Of a DNA stretch of 64,000 bases, positions 22,166-35,853 are shown one piece after another. Each line of letters begins with the position of its first letter. The stretch's first letter is position 1. Source of the DNA: Macrostomum lignano (Eukaryota); contig NIVC01003328.1 of the NCBI GenBank assembly GCA_002269645.1, forward strand, positions 1-64,000, given 5' to 3'. Made by a program: the position numbers and the translations under genes. The notes beneath the pieces were generated by a model. It ran no database searches. It saw only the letters and a program-made list of their open reading frames with translations, and was not told where the DNA came from.

Positions 22166-24532
22166 CAAGGACCACTGTAGTAGAAGGACTCGGCACTCAC
22201 AAAACACGGAAAAAAATTTGAAGGCTGAAATTTCGCACGCTTCGTGTCGACTATACTTGCTCGCCATTTGTGTACAACTACATTTTTTTATTCTCTGCTA
22301 CTCAAATTCTTAACTATGCCAATAATACATGGCCATATTCAAACTTTGAAGCTTTTTGAGGGTTTAATTATGTTTCACACGCATAGCAGTGTAGTAATAA
22401 GATATATTTTAGGCCTAGTTTTAGTACCAAAACTAATGCTTTGATTGCTTTGATTTGTCAATTTTTGGCTGGTGTGTTAGCCAGATGTGAACTTACTGTT
22501 ACTTATACTACTCTAATAATTGACCCAGATCACTAAGAATAATGCTATTATGCTTTTATAATAGAACTTGTATTTCTTCTTTTGATTACTTACTTGTTGG
22601 AATTAATGGTTGAATTTGCTTTGATTTGATTGTAGTGTTTGCATTTAGTAGTTTGTCTGTAGGCCTATTCAATAAATCAACTGAGTTGATACTTAATCAT
22701 TTATGTAGAGCAAATATAAGTCATCTGCTATCTCTACAAGTAAATTGATAGCTATTATAGTATGCAGTTATCATATTCAAGCTATAATATAGCTATATAG
22801 CTATAGCTAATAGCTAATATAGCTAATATAGCTAATATAGCTATAATATAGCCTATATTGCCATTGCCTATAGGCTATATTCATAGGGCCTAATTTAAGT
22901 TTATTTATTTTTAAACTTATAGTTAAATATAGTTTTTTATTTTTAATTAGAGTTTGAATCATTTTAATGTATTAGTATCAAGCCTATACGGCTATATTAA
23001 ATTAATAGAATAGATAAAACTATTATAAACAAAATTGAATGTATGTATATGTGAGCAGGTTAAATAATTTTATTTATTACTTCACTTTTCTAAACATGCA
23101 TCGCAAAATATTGGATAAAAGCTAGTTAGCTAGGCCTATTCAATTCAAGGTCTTCAATACCATAAGGTATAATTTTTATGCTTAGCTAACTTAGCATAAG
23201 TTAGTTTAAGCTATACTTGGTTCATTATGTATGCATGCTAAAATAAAATTAAAAGTATATAGGCCCCCTAGTTTAACAAGCATTGTAAGCTATTTAAAAA
23301 ACTTTTGGCTTATGTTTTTTGCCATAACCCTTCAAATGCTTTCATTAGCTACTTGTATTAATAAAATTTCAAAACACTTTGTTTTTTAATTTTTTCATAA
23401 AACCCTCTATAACTAGAATCATAAAAATTTCAGGATATACCCAATGCCTATAGCCTATGAAGTGTCGTCCCAGGCTGCAAAAGCAATGATGACACTGGTG
23501 GTCGAGAAAGAATGCAAGGTTTCAAGGCCATCTCCCTGCAATGGACAATGACTGTGGAAACTAGCACCAGTGTAGCCTGCTGCCTAACACTAATTGTTGG
23601 ACCATGCTCTCTAGGCTGTTGAGTTGTCTGTAAAAATTATTACCCTTTTCCCCCATTCTCACTTCCTCTACTCACTACTATCCCCTCACTCTATCCTCCT
23701 CTCAACCTCCTTCCTCACTGTCCCTTCACTCTCCCCTCTTTATACTCTCCCCTGGCTTGGTCTATATTCTTTCCAGTTTGTTGGTATTAAAAATGACATT
23801 CCACAGTTACAGTTACCTAATTTTATGCTTTGTTTCAGAGTTCAGTCATTTTATGCTTTTTTCCAGAATGTTTCATGTTTTGATCCAAAGTTTCTACTGA
23901 TCTTGCATTTCGCCTTTATTTGTGTTTGTTCAGTTTTCATGCATGTTGTCATAATTTTTTCTAGTACATTTTTTCAATAAATGGCTGCCAGTAGCTACCC
24001 GACTATTTAAACATTAAGATTTTTTCAAATGAGATCTCGTACAATGACATTGTGTTAGAAATTCACCTATAAACCTTTACTTAATGATTTTTCTACAATT
24101 TACCACGCGCATGTCTAACATCTGTAGACAGTAAGTGCAGATATACAGATCGACTGTACGTGTTCTGGGGGCTGAGTACCTGCTGCTCTGGTCTATTTAA
24201 TCGCCTACTGGAAATCTCTCAATGCATCACAGAAGAAATCAACAGGCAGAATTGAGCAGTAGTGATGCAAACTCATGCAATATGCGAAAAGCATTAGCCG
24301 TATCACACTGTGCTATGAGAGTGCTGTACAAAACTCTTCATTTAAGGTAGCAAAGATCACTAAAAGTGGTGAAAAGGTCAGCCAATGTTTTTAGAACATT
24401 CAGCTGCTCATGTGCTTAAAAAATCATCCTAATATCTGTATCTGAAGAGGCAGCATCAAACTTTGAAAATCAGCCTTCAAAAATTTTCTCGTGGTTTGCG
24501 AGTGCCGAGTCCTTCTACTACAGTGGTCCTTG
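22166..24532. mobile_element. Non-autonomous DNA transposon (hAT- or P-superfamily-like), 2.37 kb
   Basis: 33-bp perfect TIR CAAGGACCACTGTAGTAGAAGGACTCGGCACTC extending imperfectly to ~65 bp; perfect 8-bp TSD ATATGTAC (22158-22165 and 24533-24540); no intact transposase ORF. Confidence 0.88.
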
Positions 24533-27144
24533 ATATGTACATGTACAATGTAATTACTGAGGCCGATCATAAATTTTGGGTGCATACGTGCATGAACACG
24601 AAAGCTAGCTGGTAACATTTTTGTAATGCATGGTACTGATCGATAGTGTACATTTTCGTTCATTTTTATTTCGATCGATAGTAACCAACTATATACTGCA
24701 GGTCCTTGTTTTAAAGCATGTATCTTACATGTTGGTGGGATTAGGACTCAACTATCGAATTCAAAACAACTCAAATTTGAAATTTCCCATACATGTATAC
24801 ATGTAATTGTGTTAGACTATACATACGCCGCTCATTCTGAAGTATTTAAATTTGTACATGTAGATGATTCTGACGTACAACTGTGCATAGCCGGGAATGT
24901 TCTTAAGTGTTCAGGGGTCATCGAATGGTCATAAACTACCTACCTACACATGTAGCTCACCGCGCCTTCCTTGATTCTTCGCTATCTTAATAGGGTCAAC
25001 TTTGAATCGCTTTGAATTCGGCATTCATCATGCCCAAGCCCCGATTTGCTTGGACGACTATATTTTCAATACTATATTGCACTCGACCGAGCAGCGCTCG
25101 ATCCTTCGAACTTTTTTTTAATTGGACCCAATGGTCCAATAGACCCTTTAGAGTCTATTAGCTACACACCCTATATGATAAATTTAAACCATGCAACAAG
25201 GACTACCACTCAAGCAGGGCGAGAAAGTAAATTCCTTTGAAAAATATATTAAGGGATGCAGGTTTTACCAAAAAATGCACTAAGGAGATAGCTTAACTTA
25301 TCTTTTTTGACTCTTTTCTTTCTTACATCTCTATTGATAATAATTCGTACGGTAGAGATTTTCGCTTATATAGCCAGGATTCTTTGTTAATTTTCATACA
25401 CTATCGTACAACCGTACTCGAATTTTTCAAGAAACGTACATGTATAGTTTCCCGTCCTTCTATTTGGTAGTATTTGCGTGGGTAACTGCATGTTTTGCTC
25501 GCGATTATGCAGTCAGTGTACGCAGTGATGCCGAACTGGATGGAACTGGATTACACATTGTGGGATGGCATAGCAGTTAGCAGAACTGCTACTCGCACAA
25601 AACTGGCAGAAGTCAGACTGTACCCTGCCATGTCCTCCCCGCCCGGCTCTCAGTAGTCGAGATCATGATTGGAATAGCGCAGCTGAAAATGCAGCCATGC
25701 TCAGAAGGAAGAAAGCCGGAGAGCGCGCCGACAATAAGAGCGAGTGCAGGCATTCAACTGAGACAGACCCCCCCCCCATGAATGCACTAAATTCAAATGA
25801 GAAGCGCGGTAGTCAAGAGGAATGTCTTTTTAGCTTGCAAGAGCCGAGTCAAGCTGAGTGTGTAGCAGGAGAAGGAGACAAATTTTGAGTATGTAATTTT
25901 TCTCTGGATTTGTTTAACCATGAGCACCACAGAACGCGACTCATAGCTCGTACATTACGTTACGAGTAGATGCCAGGGCGCAGGCCTACACAAGCATTTC
26001 ATTCTCATCTTTAGCTGTACTCTATGCTGATGAAAACAAGAATTATTTATGCTCTTGGATAATCAAATAAAGGGTGCTCGTATAATGCTTCCAAGCATTA
26101 TGTGATAATCAGAACATAGAAAAAGTAAACAGAAACTAATATTGGCGGGCTGTGTCCTATAATCCCATGAACTGTGTACCAGCTGAGTACACTGTACCAG
26201 CTCATTGAACTGTGTACACTGTACGCTGGTACAAGTTCCCCGCTGCTCTTTGACTTACTTGACTTAGCTGCAGGGGGCTGTCCCGGAGGGGACACAGTGG
26301 GAAGGCGCGGACGCCCATTCCGCTGATCCCTGAACGGCCGACGCGTCGCTATCGACGAAGGGTTGGCGCCACCCAGGGAGCTAGGTCCCCAGTGTCGCCA
26401 GCATTGGTCCTTTCTTATCCATTGTCGGCTCGAAGGCCATGATTAAGGTCGGTAGGCTACCCTCGAAGGGGCGCGGTACCCACCCGGCCGCTTCACGTGA
26501 CCGGACAGTAGGCCAAAAAAACCCTCAAGGCTGACCCGACACCAGGAGGGGGACCGCTAGCGACCGGACTTACTCCCCAGTCTTCCAGACCATCGGCACG
26601 GTCGAACACCTAGGTGTTAGAGGGTACGTTGAGCGGTACCACGGCCTGCGGACCATGGCGAGCCAAACCAGAATACCGAAGTTCAGCAAAAGCCACTGGA
26701 GCCTAACGGCTGCCAGAGGCAAACAGAGGGTGCAGACCTCCCACCAGCCTTTACCTGCTGAAGATAGGGCAGGCGTGAAGCATGAGCAGGCCTGGTCTGT
26801 CTCATGCTTCACTGGCATGCTGAATACGTCATTGCGAGCCCCATCTCGGCACAGGCTGTCGAACAATTTATTGGCAAATGTGTTTGAATTTCCATGGTGT
26901 ATAGCGGCAAGTTTTCCACCATGGCACACTTAGTTCGTTTAGAACTCTTCGCAAATACTCGTAGCTCGGATGAATTCATATGCACCAGGGTATTGAGAGA
27001 CACAATGGCGAGGCTTCAAGTCTCAGCGAACTCTACTCAATTTTTGGGGTGCTGCAAAATTCTAGCTTAATGCCGAATCCATGTAAATAAGCGACTTCTT
27101 TTCTAAGCTAAAATGTGACTGGCAGAAACAGCGCACGCCAGCTT

Positions 27145-30100
27145 ATGGAGGAGACACACCTCCACAGCAAACTTAGACCCACAAGCGGTAAGCACAAAGA
27201 AAATGGTTAGGAAGGCAAAAATCCAGCCCAGTATTTTCAAAACACTCCGAGGCGGCCGCGACCCCCCTGCCCGCCCCTTCAAGTGAAGTGGAGGCTTTGC
27301 TGGGCCAGTTGGCAGTCCATTTCACGCTGCGTTGCAAATTCACAGCAGCAAAGTCACTCGGCATTCGGGCCGGGTCTATGACAGAGAGCTATGTGAGACT
27401 AGACAATAGCTCAACTGCTACTCATTCTTGTGACAAATGAATCCTCCACCAGCCACACCCATTTAGTCTCGGCATTTAAAGCACGAAGCCGTTCTTCCTC
27501 TGCAACAACTCACTCAACTTGCCCCCTCGCCGCACCAGCAACACAACTCTAAACACAGCAGGCATGCCTGGACGTCTAAACGTAGCGAAGGCGGACCACA
27601 AGTTTGCCGCGTCGAACCAGAGCCGTCGAATTCAATTCATTGTAGTCGCCGGCGTGCTGCAGCTCGCCTTTCTCATCATTTTTGGTATCTTCGTCCGCTA
27701 CGACAGCGCTGCTGACGCAAAGTACATCGGCGACCCTGACGTGGTTGCCAAGAAGCGAGGAGTCAGCGGTTCCAGTACACTGGGCCCGCCGGTAAAGGAT
27801 GATCTGGCTTCATACTACTCAATGTTTCAGGACATCCACGTCATGATGTTTGTCGGCTTTGGATTCCTCATGACTTTCCTCAAGAGATACGGATTCAGCA
27901 GTGTGGGCATCAACATGTTCCTGGCATGTATTGTCATTCAGTGGTCCACGATCGTGCGTGGCTGTTTCCACCTACACGATGGCAAGATCACCTTTGGCGC
28001 AATGGATCTGCTGTATAGTGACTTCTCGTGCGTTGGCACTCTGATTTCATACGGCTGCGTTTTGGGAAAGCTCACTCCCGTGCAAATGATGATCATGGCC
28101 ATGATTCAGGTTCCCATCTTTGTTGGCAACGAGTATTTGGGTCTCGAGATTTTCATGGTTAAAGACGTCGGAGGTTCGATCTTTCTACATATCTTTGGAG
28201 CTTATTTCGGCCTGTTTGTGTCCCTGGTGACATTCGACAGGAACGTTGCCGGGCACCGCAGTGATTCAACCATCTATCACTCGGAGATCTTCAGCATGAT
28301 CGGTACCCTGTTCTTGTGGATGTTTTGGCCGAGCTTCAACTCCGCCGTCGTGCTTCAAGACAGCAGATTGCGAGGGGTCATCAATACCTACATCACCTTG
28401 AGCTCCTGCACGGTTGTTGCTTTTCTATTGAGCGCTGCATTGACGGAAGACCGAAAGTTTCTGATGATGCACATTCAGAACAGCACCATAGCTGGTGAGT
28501 TACTTTAATAAATGCTACGAGCGTATGTCCGAAGTAGCTCGTATCTTCTTGAAAATACGAATAGGAAAGCTTGCACTGCTTTGCTCAGCAGTTCGAGAAA
28601 TCCTTTTGTTTTTAACTATTGATGAGACAAAACTATATATATATATATGTTTTATATATTTGATGGGTTTCGACCTTCCGGCCCCCTTGTGGGGAAGCCT
28701 TCGGGCCTCAGGTCTCAGAAATAAATCAATTAGAGACCTGGCCCCCCACTCCTGTCGGATGGTCAGCCCCATGGTAGCTTGATCGTGTGGCGAGCAGTCT
28801 AGGTCCTATAGCTAAGAGAGGGACAGCGAGAGACAAGCAGGGAGAATTTTGAAGGTAGAAATTAGCTAATCCGCAGACTAAGCTAACTCGCTGCCACCAA
28901 CCCGTGCGCCCTGGCTCACCACACCGGGGCTCTCGAAATCGGGCTTCCGACTAGAGGGGGCTTGCACTTACCTGCCAACTAGTGTCTTTTTGCTGTCAAT
29001 CTCGAAGTCATAGCCGATGATAAGGGACACTGCTGGGACTAGATCGCATTGGCCATGCAGGTACAGAGGGGACTTGTGCAGGGGATTCTTGCAGTGGCGA
29101 GTCTATGGGGTAGCTACATGTACTATTACATTGCTAAATACGAAGATATGTACTTTTGGCTTTCAACGCGCCAACTAGCCTCTCATAGCGCTGATGATAG
29201 ACTAACTCGAACTTCAGAGACCGCATGATTCATTACCCGAGCCGCTTGGCTAACTTAGAGTGCACAAAGTACATCTCTGGCGCCGATTCTGCACTTCTGG
29301 CAGTTTTGCTCACTGATTTGATTGATTGATCGACTGAGAACCGCCTTGCCATTGGTCCACTGTGACCGGTGCCTACTAGCTTAGCTACTCATCTGAGCCA
29401 TCGGCGAACAAAGAAATAAAACCGATAAAAATAACTGTTAAATTTAACCTTCTCCTTAGATCACTTCACACCTCAGATTGAATTGGAGTTTCAGACTACT
29501 AGCAGTATTATTGAATGACTTCTGCCTCAGCAACAGCACTACTGAACAAAATGAGCAAAAGTGTGCGCCTAATCCAGCTACTGAAACAGGGGACAGACAG
29601 GGAATCACCCAATCAAGCAAGTCTAGGTAGCCTCTCACCCAACCAATCAGAAACTCAACAGCCGGAGACCAGGAAATCCACAGTGACCGAATCGGCTTGA
29701 TGCTTCGCAGCTGTAGACTCGGGATGATGCTGACACAATCTTCGCTGATAGCTAGCAGGTGATGATCTTAACTTTGATGTTCGCTGCTGATGACCGGGGG
29801 ACTCGTCCTTGATGATGATGATGGGAAGTCGCAATCTGGGGATCAAGAAACGACGGTCGCGCTCCGGGATGTCTCAAGCTAGGCTAAGATCCCAGGAGGT
29901 TGGAGTCCGAGCGGGCCAAAAACTCCGGTTTAAATAGCCGCCAACTGGACCGCAGTTTGTTATAATGGAACACGTCGATTCTGATTGGCTGAGCCGCTTT
30001 GTTAAAATGAGCACCGAATTTTCTGATTGGCTAAGCTTGTTGCTACCCAGAATCACGTGACCGAGAGATCCCATCAGTTCCCACAGGGTCATAAAAAGAT

Positions 30101-31338
30101 GACAGGTGCGGCCATAAATCACTCAAAATCGCAACAAAATGATTTATGACTTTTCGCGTAGGATTGACAGAAATTAATGAAAAAATATACATTAGAAAGC
30201 TCTTATTAAATAGAAAGTGAAGATAATGAAGAGAAATCGCTAATCGCTAATCCCAAAGTACTTTTAGGGGTAAAACGCATAGCTGTCAAAGCTGTCACAC
30301 GCTTGAGTGAACACGAACAATAGGCTCTGACCTCATAAATCTTGATGGCCTGTCAAAATGATGAGAAAAAAGCTACCGCCCGCATCCTCTCAGACCATCT
30401 GGCGCCCGCCTCAACACTGAGTAAGGCGCAGGTGGCTGTCAGACCAGCTTCGAAAGCGATGATTTATGACCCCAAAAGCTATGCCTATGTTATTGTGACT
30501 ACTAGTATGACCAGACATTATATCTAGTATAGATTCTATGACTATTAGCAGAAAAAGGATAAAAATGCCCATTGCCCACTGTTAGTAGGCTAGTAAGTTT
30601 AGAGCCCATGTGCTAGCGCCGGGTTTGGAAAAAAAGTGCGTCCTCATCATATTTATATATATATACAATATTACGCTTTTTTCAGGTGGAGTAGCAGTCG
30701 GATCCGTAGCAGACATGCAGCTGCAGCCTTGGGGCGCCATGCTCATCGGAGTCGTAGCCGCCATCGTATCCGTGACTGGCTATCGCTTCCTCACACCTAA
30801 CCTGGAGAAAATCCGTTTTCACGACACGTGCGGCGTCAACAATCTGCACGGCATGCCGGGCCTAATCAGCGGCATCGCCAGCGCCATTGCCTGCGCTGTC
30901 GCCTCGCGCGAAATGTACGGCGATTCTCTCTTCGTAGTCTTCCCAGCCATGGCGCCGGCCAACACTACGGTGACGGTGTCGCTGCTGAACGGTGATCACG
31001 AAATCAAGACAGGCCTCGGCAGGACGCCCGGCACCCAGGGACTCTACCAGCTGGCCGCCATTGGTTGCACCCTGGCCGTCGCCATCGTTGGTGGCACCCT
31101 GACTGGTCTGATTCTGCGTCTGCCGTTTTTCGACTCATACGACAGGGTCACCTACTACTCTGACGAGCCGCACTGGCACAGGCCGGAGGACGGCTTTCCG
31201 GACCGGTTTACACAGCTGATCTACCACAAGGGCGAGACCCAAGTGGTGCCGGAGCACCGCGTTGACGACGTAACCTTGCGCGGCGCCACCTACGAGGTGA
31301 AGGTCAACCAGGCCTACGAGCTGCAAGAGGCCAACTGA
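27145..31338 (+). CDS. Rh-family ammonium transporter (RhAG/RhBG/RhCG-like); probable mini-exon 27145-27187, exon 27562-28494, exon 30686-31338
   Basis: YSMFQDIHVMMFVGFGFLMTFLKRYGFS, DVGGSIFLHIFGAYFG, LFLWMFWPSFNS, NSTIA|GGVAVG and HDTCGVNNLHGMPG (twin His). GT at 28495, AG at 30684-30685. The upstream exon MEETHLHSKLRPTS joins in frame (GTAAGC at 27188, AG at 27560-27561); otherwise the start is ATG 27564. Confidence 0.93.
29929..30059 (-). promoter_or_regulatory. Antisense Pol II promoter-like module in the Rh intron (two NF-Y CCAAT boxes plus a TATA-like box)
   Basis: CTGATTGGCT at 29981-29990 and 30023-30032, CTATTTAAA (minus strand) at 29937-29929, CACGTG at 30054-30059. Confidence 0.45.
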
Positions 31339-34062
31339 CAGATCGTCGGAGCCGAAATAGACAGCTGAAATTTTGAGTGACGCAAGCAAATTCTCTCATT
31401 TTTAGGGATGCCAAATTCATAAACGATTAATGAGGGATTAGATAAGGTTCATTTTTGCATATTAGAAATTAGCAGAGCTATTCTTTTTCAACTTTTGAAT
31501 TCACTGAAGTTTTTAAAAGACGCATCAATATTTAACAGCTTTTCATTTTAAAAAACACGCGACTCCCATGCTTTTTCCTAATGTATAGTATAATTAAATA
31601 ATAATATGCTTCGAAGAACATATAAAACTACAGTTCGTCTCTAAGAGTAACAGGTTTGTATAATTCTTACTTTAAGACCCTCTCGACATCGATAATTTTT
31701 TATCGAATTTTTTGAAATTTTTCTTTAAACTTTTGATGCTTGCTTTCGTGCGTTTGCCTGATCGATAATTTTTACAAGTAACCAATAACCTCTTAACCTA
31801 TTTATAAACTCAAATTTATGAAATTCGGACCCTTCGTGAGTTCAAGATTAGTTAATTTTTATTAGCCTACGGCTTGAAGACAAAAGTCTGTCAAGATGAG
31901 CGATTGTCAGTAGAATAGCCATACCTCGTCGGACTGCATATCTGGTGCATGTAATTTTCGGTTTTGGTTCAACTTTGAGGCCACTACATGTATGTACATG
32001 CATGGCCCTAAATTTGCTGGTGTTTCCTGTTCATGTTTTAACAATTCTCGATGGCTGTGACCAGGTTATCCTTTCTCCGATATCTCAGCTAAACTATTTT
32101 AAACTTGTATACCGCATACCGAACAATTTACATGTAATCTGCCATGAATATCGATGCGAGCTACCTGTCTGAAGTTTGGGAATTACAATAATATCCTTGC
32201 CACACTTCTGCGTACCCAATGAAACAGCATAGAAACCTTCAGCAGTGGCATGGCTGTTGTTTCATTGCCTTGCTCAATAAAAATTGCTTCTTCTACTAAT
32301 AGTAGTAACAAAATAAAATAAACTTACGAATTAATAATAAAAAACCGTTTCTGAATCCGCATGCCGTTCGTTCACTCGGAATTCGTATTCCGTTTGGCAA
32401 ACCCTCTGTTTTACACGTACATAAGCTGCTATACGCTTCTAGCTTGAATTGATATGCTATTCGGCCTTTCATTACTTCTATTCTTTTCTATGACAGCTCT
32501 CACATGGCCCAGTCACTGTACATGTACCTGGGTACAGTCAATGTACCCAGAGCACGTGACAGGTTTGACGCAGCTAAAATGAAAATGACTCTAGTGAATT
32601 GCAACATATTTATTGTGCACTGTGTGTATCTATACTACAATGTGCATACAGGCGAACTTTAACGTACTTTTTAGCAGTACAAGTGAAACAGCATGTCTTT
32701 TCAATTTTTCTCTGCTGAAAACAAATCGGCTTAGGATATTCTACACCAAATTTCTTCGCTTGGATTTGGGTGTGTTAATTGATTAACAGTTTCCTTGGTT
32801 TGCCTGTTGCCTTAATTATCATCGCGTACTTTCTGCATTTAGAATTTCGCAAAATTTATTCCTATCTCATGTGAATTCATATATTTAGTACTTAGTAATA
32901 CATGCTGTTAATAAGTACGTAATTGCAGTTGTAGGTGGAGTTTCAGTATAGATATGTTGATAGAGCTATGGACCGCTCCAGCATATTTGTGTTGAGCCAC
33001 GAAATACTAAAGACTGTGGTTACAAGACCCATGTTTTTACAGCTAAACATGTACATATAGAATTTGTAAGCATACATGTGGATGTGGCGCGGTATAACAC
33101 GGAGACGATCGAGACACCGCAACAAGGTATAGCTAGCTATAAGTACATGCATGTAGGCTTTGGCGAACCCAAACATAGAGCAATATCTTAGTCTTCATGG
33201 AGCTGCGCATGAACAATTCATAAACCAATTACTACCATAACAGCAATTTTGCAAACCCTCGGCGGAGTCCACAATCTTCATATCCTCGATGAACTCTTAG
33301 GGACATGATGTCCCGGATATGATACTGAAATTGTCTGAAATACAAGTATTGCTGCTGTGACTGAAATAGAATTCAATGGGGCTTATTTGCTTTAGAAATA
33401 AACAATAGAGACTGTACAAGGTCAAAGCCTACATGTAGTATATTAAATATATTGTTTCTTTCTTTGATGCCTCAGCCAACTAGCGGTGCATATTCCTAGT
33501 GTATTACTGAGTAGTAGCCGCTAGAACACACGAAAAAGTATCTACTTATCAATTCTCAGGAGGCTGAGTTCTAAGACCAATCGGATTGAGATTAATCTTA
33601 AAGTCTTAATAAATCGACCTGCAAATAATTAATGTTTATCATGTTCATATGATAGGGGCTTAAGGATTTTGTTTTAATTATTATCATCGGTGTTAAAAAA
33701 TTAGAACGAGCGTGACGTGAGTTAAATTGTCCATATGAGGCAGCATTACACTGAAGGTGCATACAACTTCACGATAAATTTTTATTTCGTAATCTGAATT
33801 TTTTGTTTAGAGTTTAGAATAGTGAATCGGATGTGTAAAACATTTTTCAAGGAATCAATCAAGTTTTTTAGATTTATCGAAATTCCAAAATGAAGCCTAA
33901 AGATGGTGCCCCGGGCCAGGCCTATGCTATTGAGTTGAGTATTGCTATATAATTAGATTTAGGTACACATAGTGATCAAGTTTTTTAAACATTGCTTAGA
34001 AATTCTATATTCTAAGCAAATGTATTGTAATTTTTTTGACTAGCATTAGCCATTAGACATCT

Positions 34063-34856
34063 GGCTCATTCCATATAAGATGGACATATTTGGAAAATAG
34101 AAAAAAGTCAATATTTTTGCTTGCCATTGCCTAATTAGCCTATTTTTTTACCAAATGTTTATATTGTGCAATATATACAATCTAAGAATAAAGGAATGGT
34201 AAAATGTTGGATTAGTATGTTATCAATTGGCAAAAAGTCATTTTTGTAAAAATTTGGACATTTTTCGAAGCAAAAGACATCATTAAGATTTTGTACCTTT
34301 TAAAAACAAATAGAAAGCTTTTGAAGGTTGAAACAAACTATAGATAAAAGTATAGTACTTGCATCATCAGATAAAAGCATTGGTGACCAAATAATCTATA
34401 ATATTTTTAATGTATTAGTATCTCAAAGTTACTGAATTGACAGAAAAAAATATGTTACGACCATAATGTTACGACCATAAGGCTGCCTTTTCTTTTGTAT
34501 CTTTGTTGCCTTTTGAGTTTATATATTCTAATAAAAGAGTATGATTTCTAAAGATGTTCTTAGTCAAATTTTAAAAATGTATTGCAAAATATCAAAAATG
34601 AAAAATGTTATAAGACTTTTACCTTTTAGTTTCTATATGTCAAAAATCCTGTCGTTACGACCATAAGTGTCATTTAAGGTTTAATAGCATCTATACTAAT
34701 GATGATATCTATATGAAACTCTATAAATATATTCTAGACAAAATAATCTTTCATTTAAAATATTGGTTTAGTATATTCTATTATTAGATTTCATTTTATA
34801 GGGGCCTAAGTAAAAATAACCTGTCATGTTACGACCATGCTTATATGGAATGAGCC
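34063..34856. mobile_element. MITE, 794 bp, 17-bp TIR GGCTCATTCCATATAAG, 4-bp TSD ATCT
   Basis: Perfect TIRs at 34063-34079 and 34840-34856; ATCT on both flanks; internal GTTACGACCAT motif four times. Confidence 0.82.
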
Positions 34857-35091
34857 ATCTTAATTCCATACTTTTTTTGGTTCCTGGACACTTCGTCATC
34901 TTACCACTTCATCATCCACATTACTAATGTGGACATTTCGTCATCTACTCCCTGGACACTTCGTCATCCACTTTTTGTATGAAAAAACTTTGCTATAGGC
35001 CCTATGTAACATGTATACTCATACATGCAACTACATGTATAAAGATAGATTAAACATTATACATGTATATCGTATCTACAGAATACAGATA

Positions 35092-35455
35092 GAGCCTCTT
35101 CATATTGCCAGTTCAAAAAACTGGTTTGATGCTATTCATATTGATGGTTCAAAAAACAGAATCAGTTCTGGAACATGGTTCTGGTTCTAGAATATGGTTT
35201 GAGAAATTTTCTTGAACTGTTGTCATGTTTATACTTTAATAGCAAATTAGATTTGAAATTGTAAATTTTTTATTATTGTTATATAATTATTCTGTTTTTG
35301 TCATATCCAAGAGGAAACAAAGTCAAAGAATGACAAAATTAAATTATAAAGACTGTCAAACATAAAATGGGTTCAAAGCTCCTCATTTCACATTGGTTCT
35401 GGTTCTAGAACTCAAATTTATTCTGGTTCTAGAACTGATTGCCGTGAAGAGGCTC
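35092..35455. mobile_element. MITE, 364 bp, TIR GAGCCTCTTCA, 3-bp TSD ATA (PIF/Harbinger-like by TSD length)
   Basis: GAGCCTCTTCA at 35092, TGAAGAGGCTC ending at 35455, ATA on both flanks; internal TGGTTCTAGAA repeats. Confidence 0.7.
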
Positions 35456-35555
35456 ATAGTTGCCTTCCTCCTTTCACATTCTGGGCTTGGGACCAAACAA
35501 TGGCAGAGTTACAACCTACAAAGATAATTGTTAAATATCATAATTTGTAGCTACA

Positions 35556-35853
35556 CATACATGCGCAACAGTCGGCCGAGTTGGCTGATCCGGCCAACCG
35601 ATTTGGCAGCCAACCAAGAAAGTCGCAAAAATGCCATCCCAAAAAAATAACCAAGAAGTAGTACTAAGTAGCTGATGAGGCATTTTGCCTTAAAAAGGCA
35701 GTCATAGTTACTCTTGCCGTTTACCCAAAGTTGCATTAATTTTGCTTTAGGGTTTTTTTACATGTAAGTCGCATTTTTGGCCAAAAACTATGTCGCATTT
35801 TTGTTAAAACTAAGTCGCATGGCCGACTGAATTTCGGAGGTTGCGCATGTATG
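35556..35853. mobile_element. MITE, 298 bp, 14-bp TIR CATACATGCGCAAC
   Basis: Perfect TIRs at 35556-35569 and 35840-35853 plus subterminal CAGTCGGCC/GGCCGACTG; TSD not clean. Confidence 0.7.

Noticed and set aside
23624-23980. Hydrophobic 118-aa ORF
   Set aside because: Product of T/C-rich low-complexity DNA inside the TIR element; non-ATG start.
33150-33330. Minus-strand peptide EFIEDMKIVDSAEG, faintly like a transposase motif
   Set aside because: Too short and flanked by stops; no element boundaries found.
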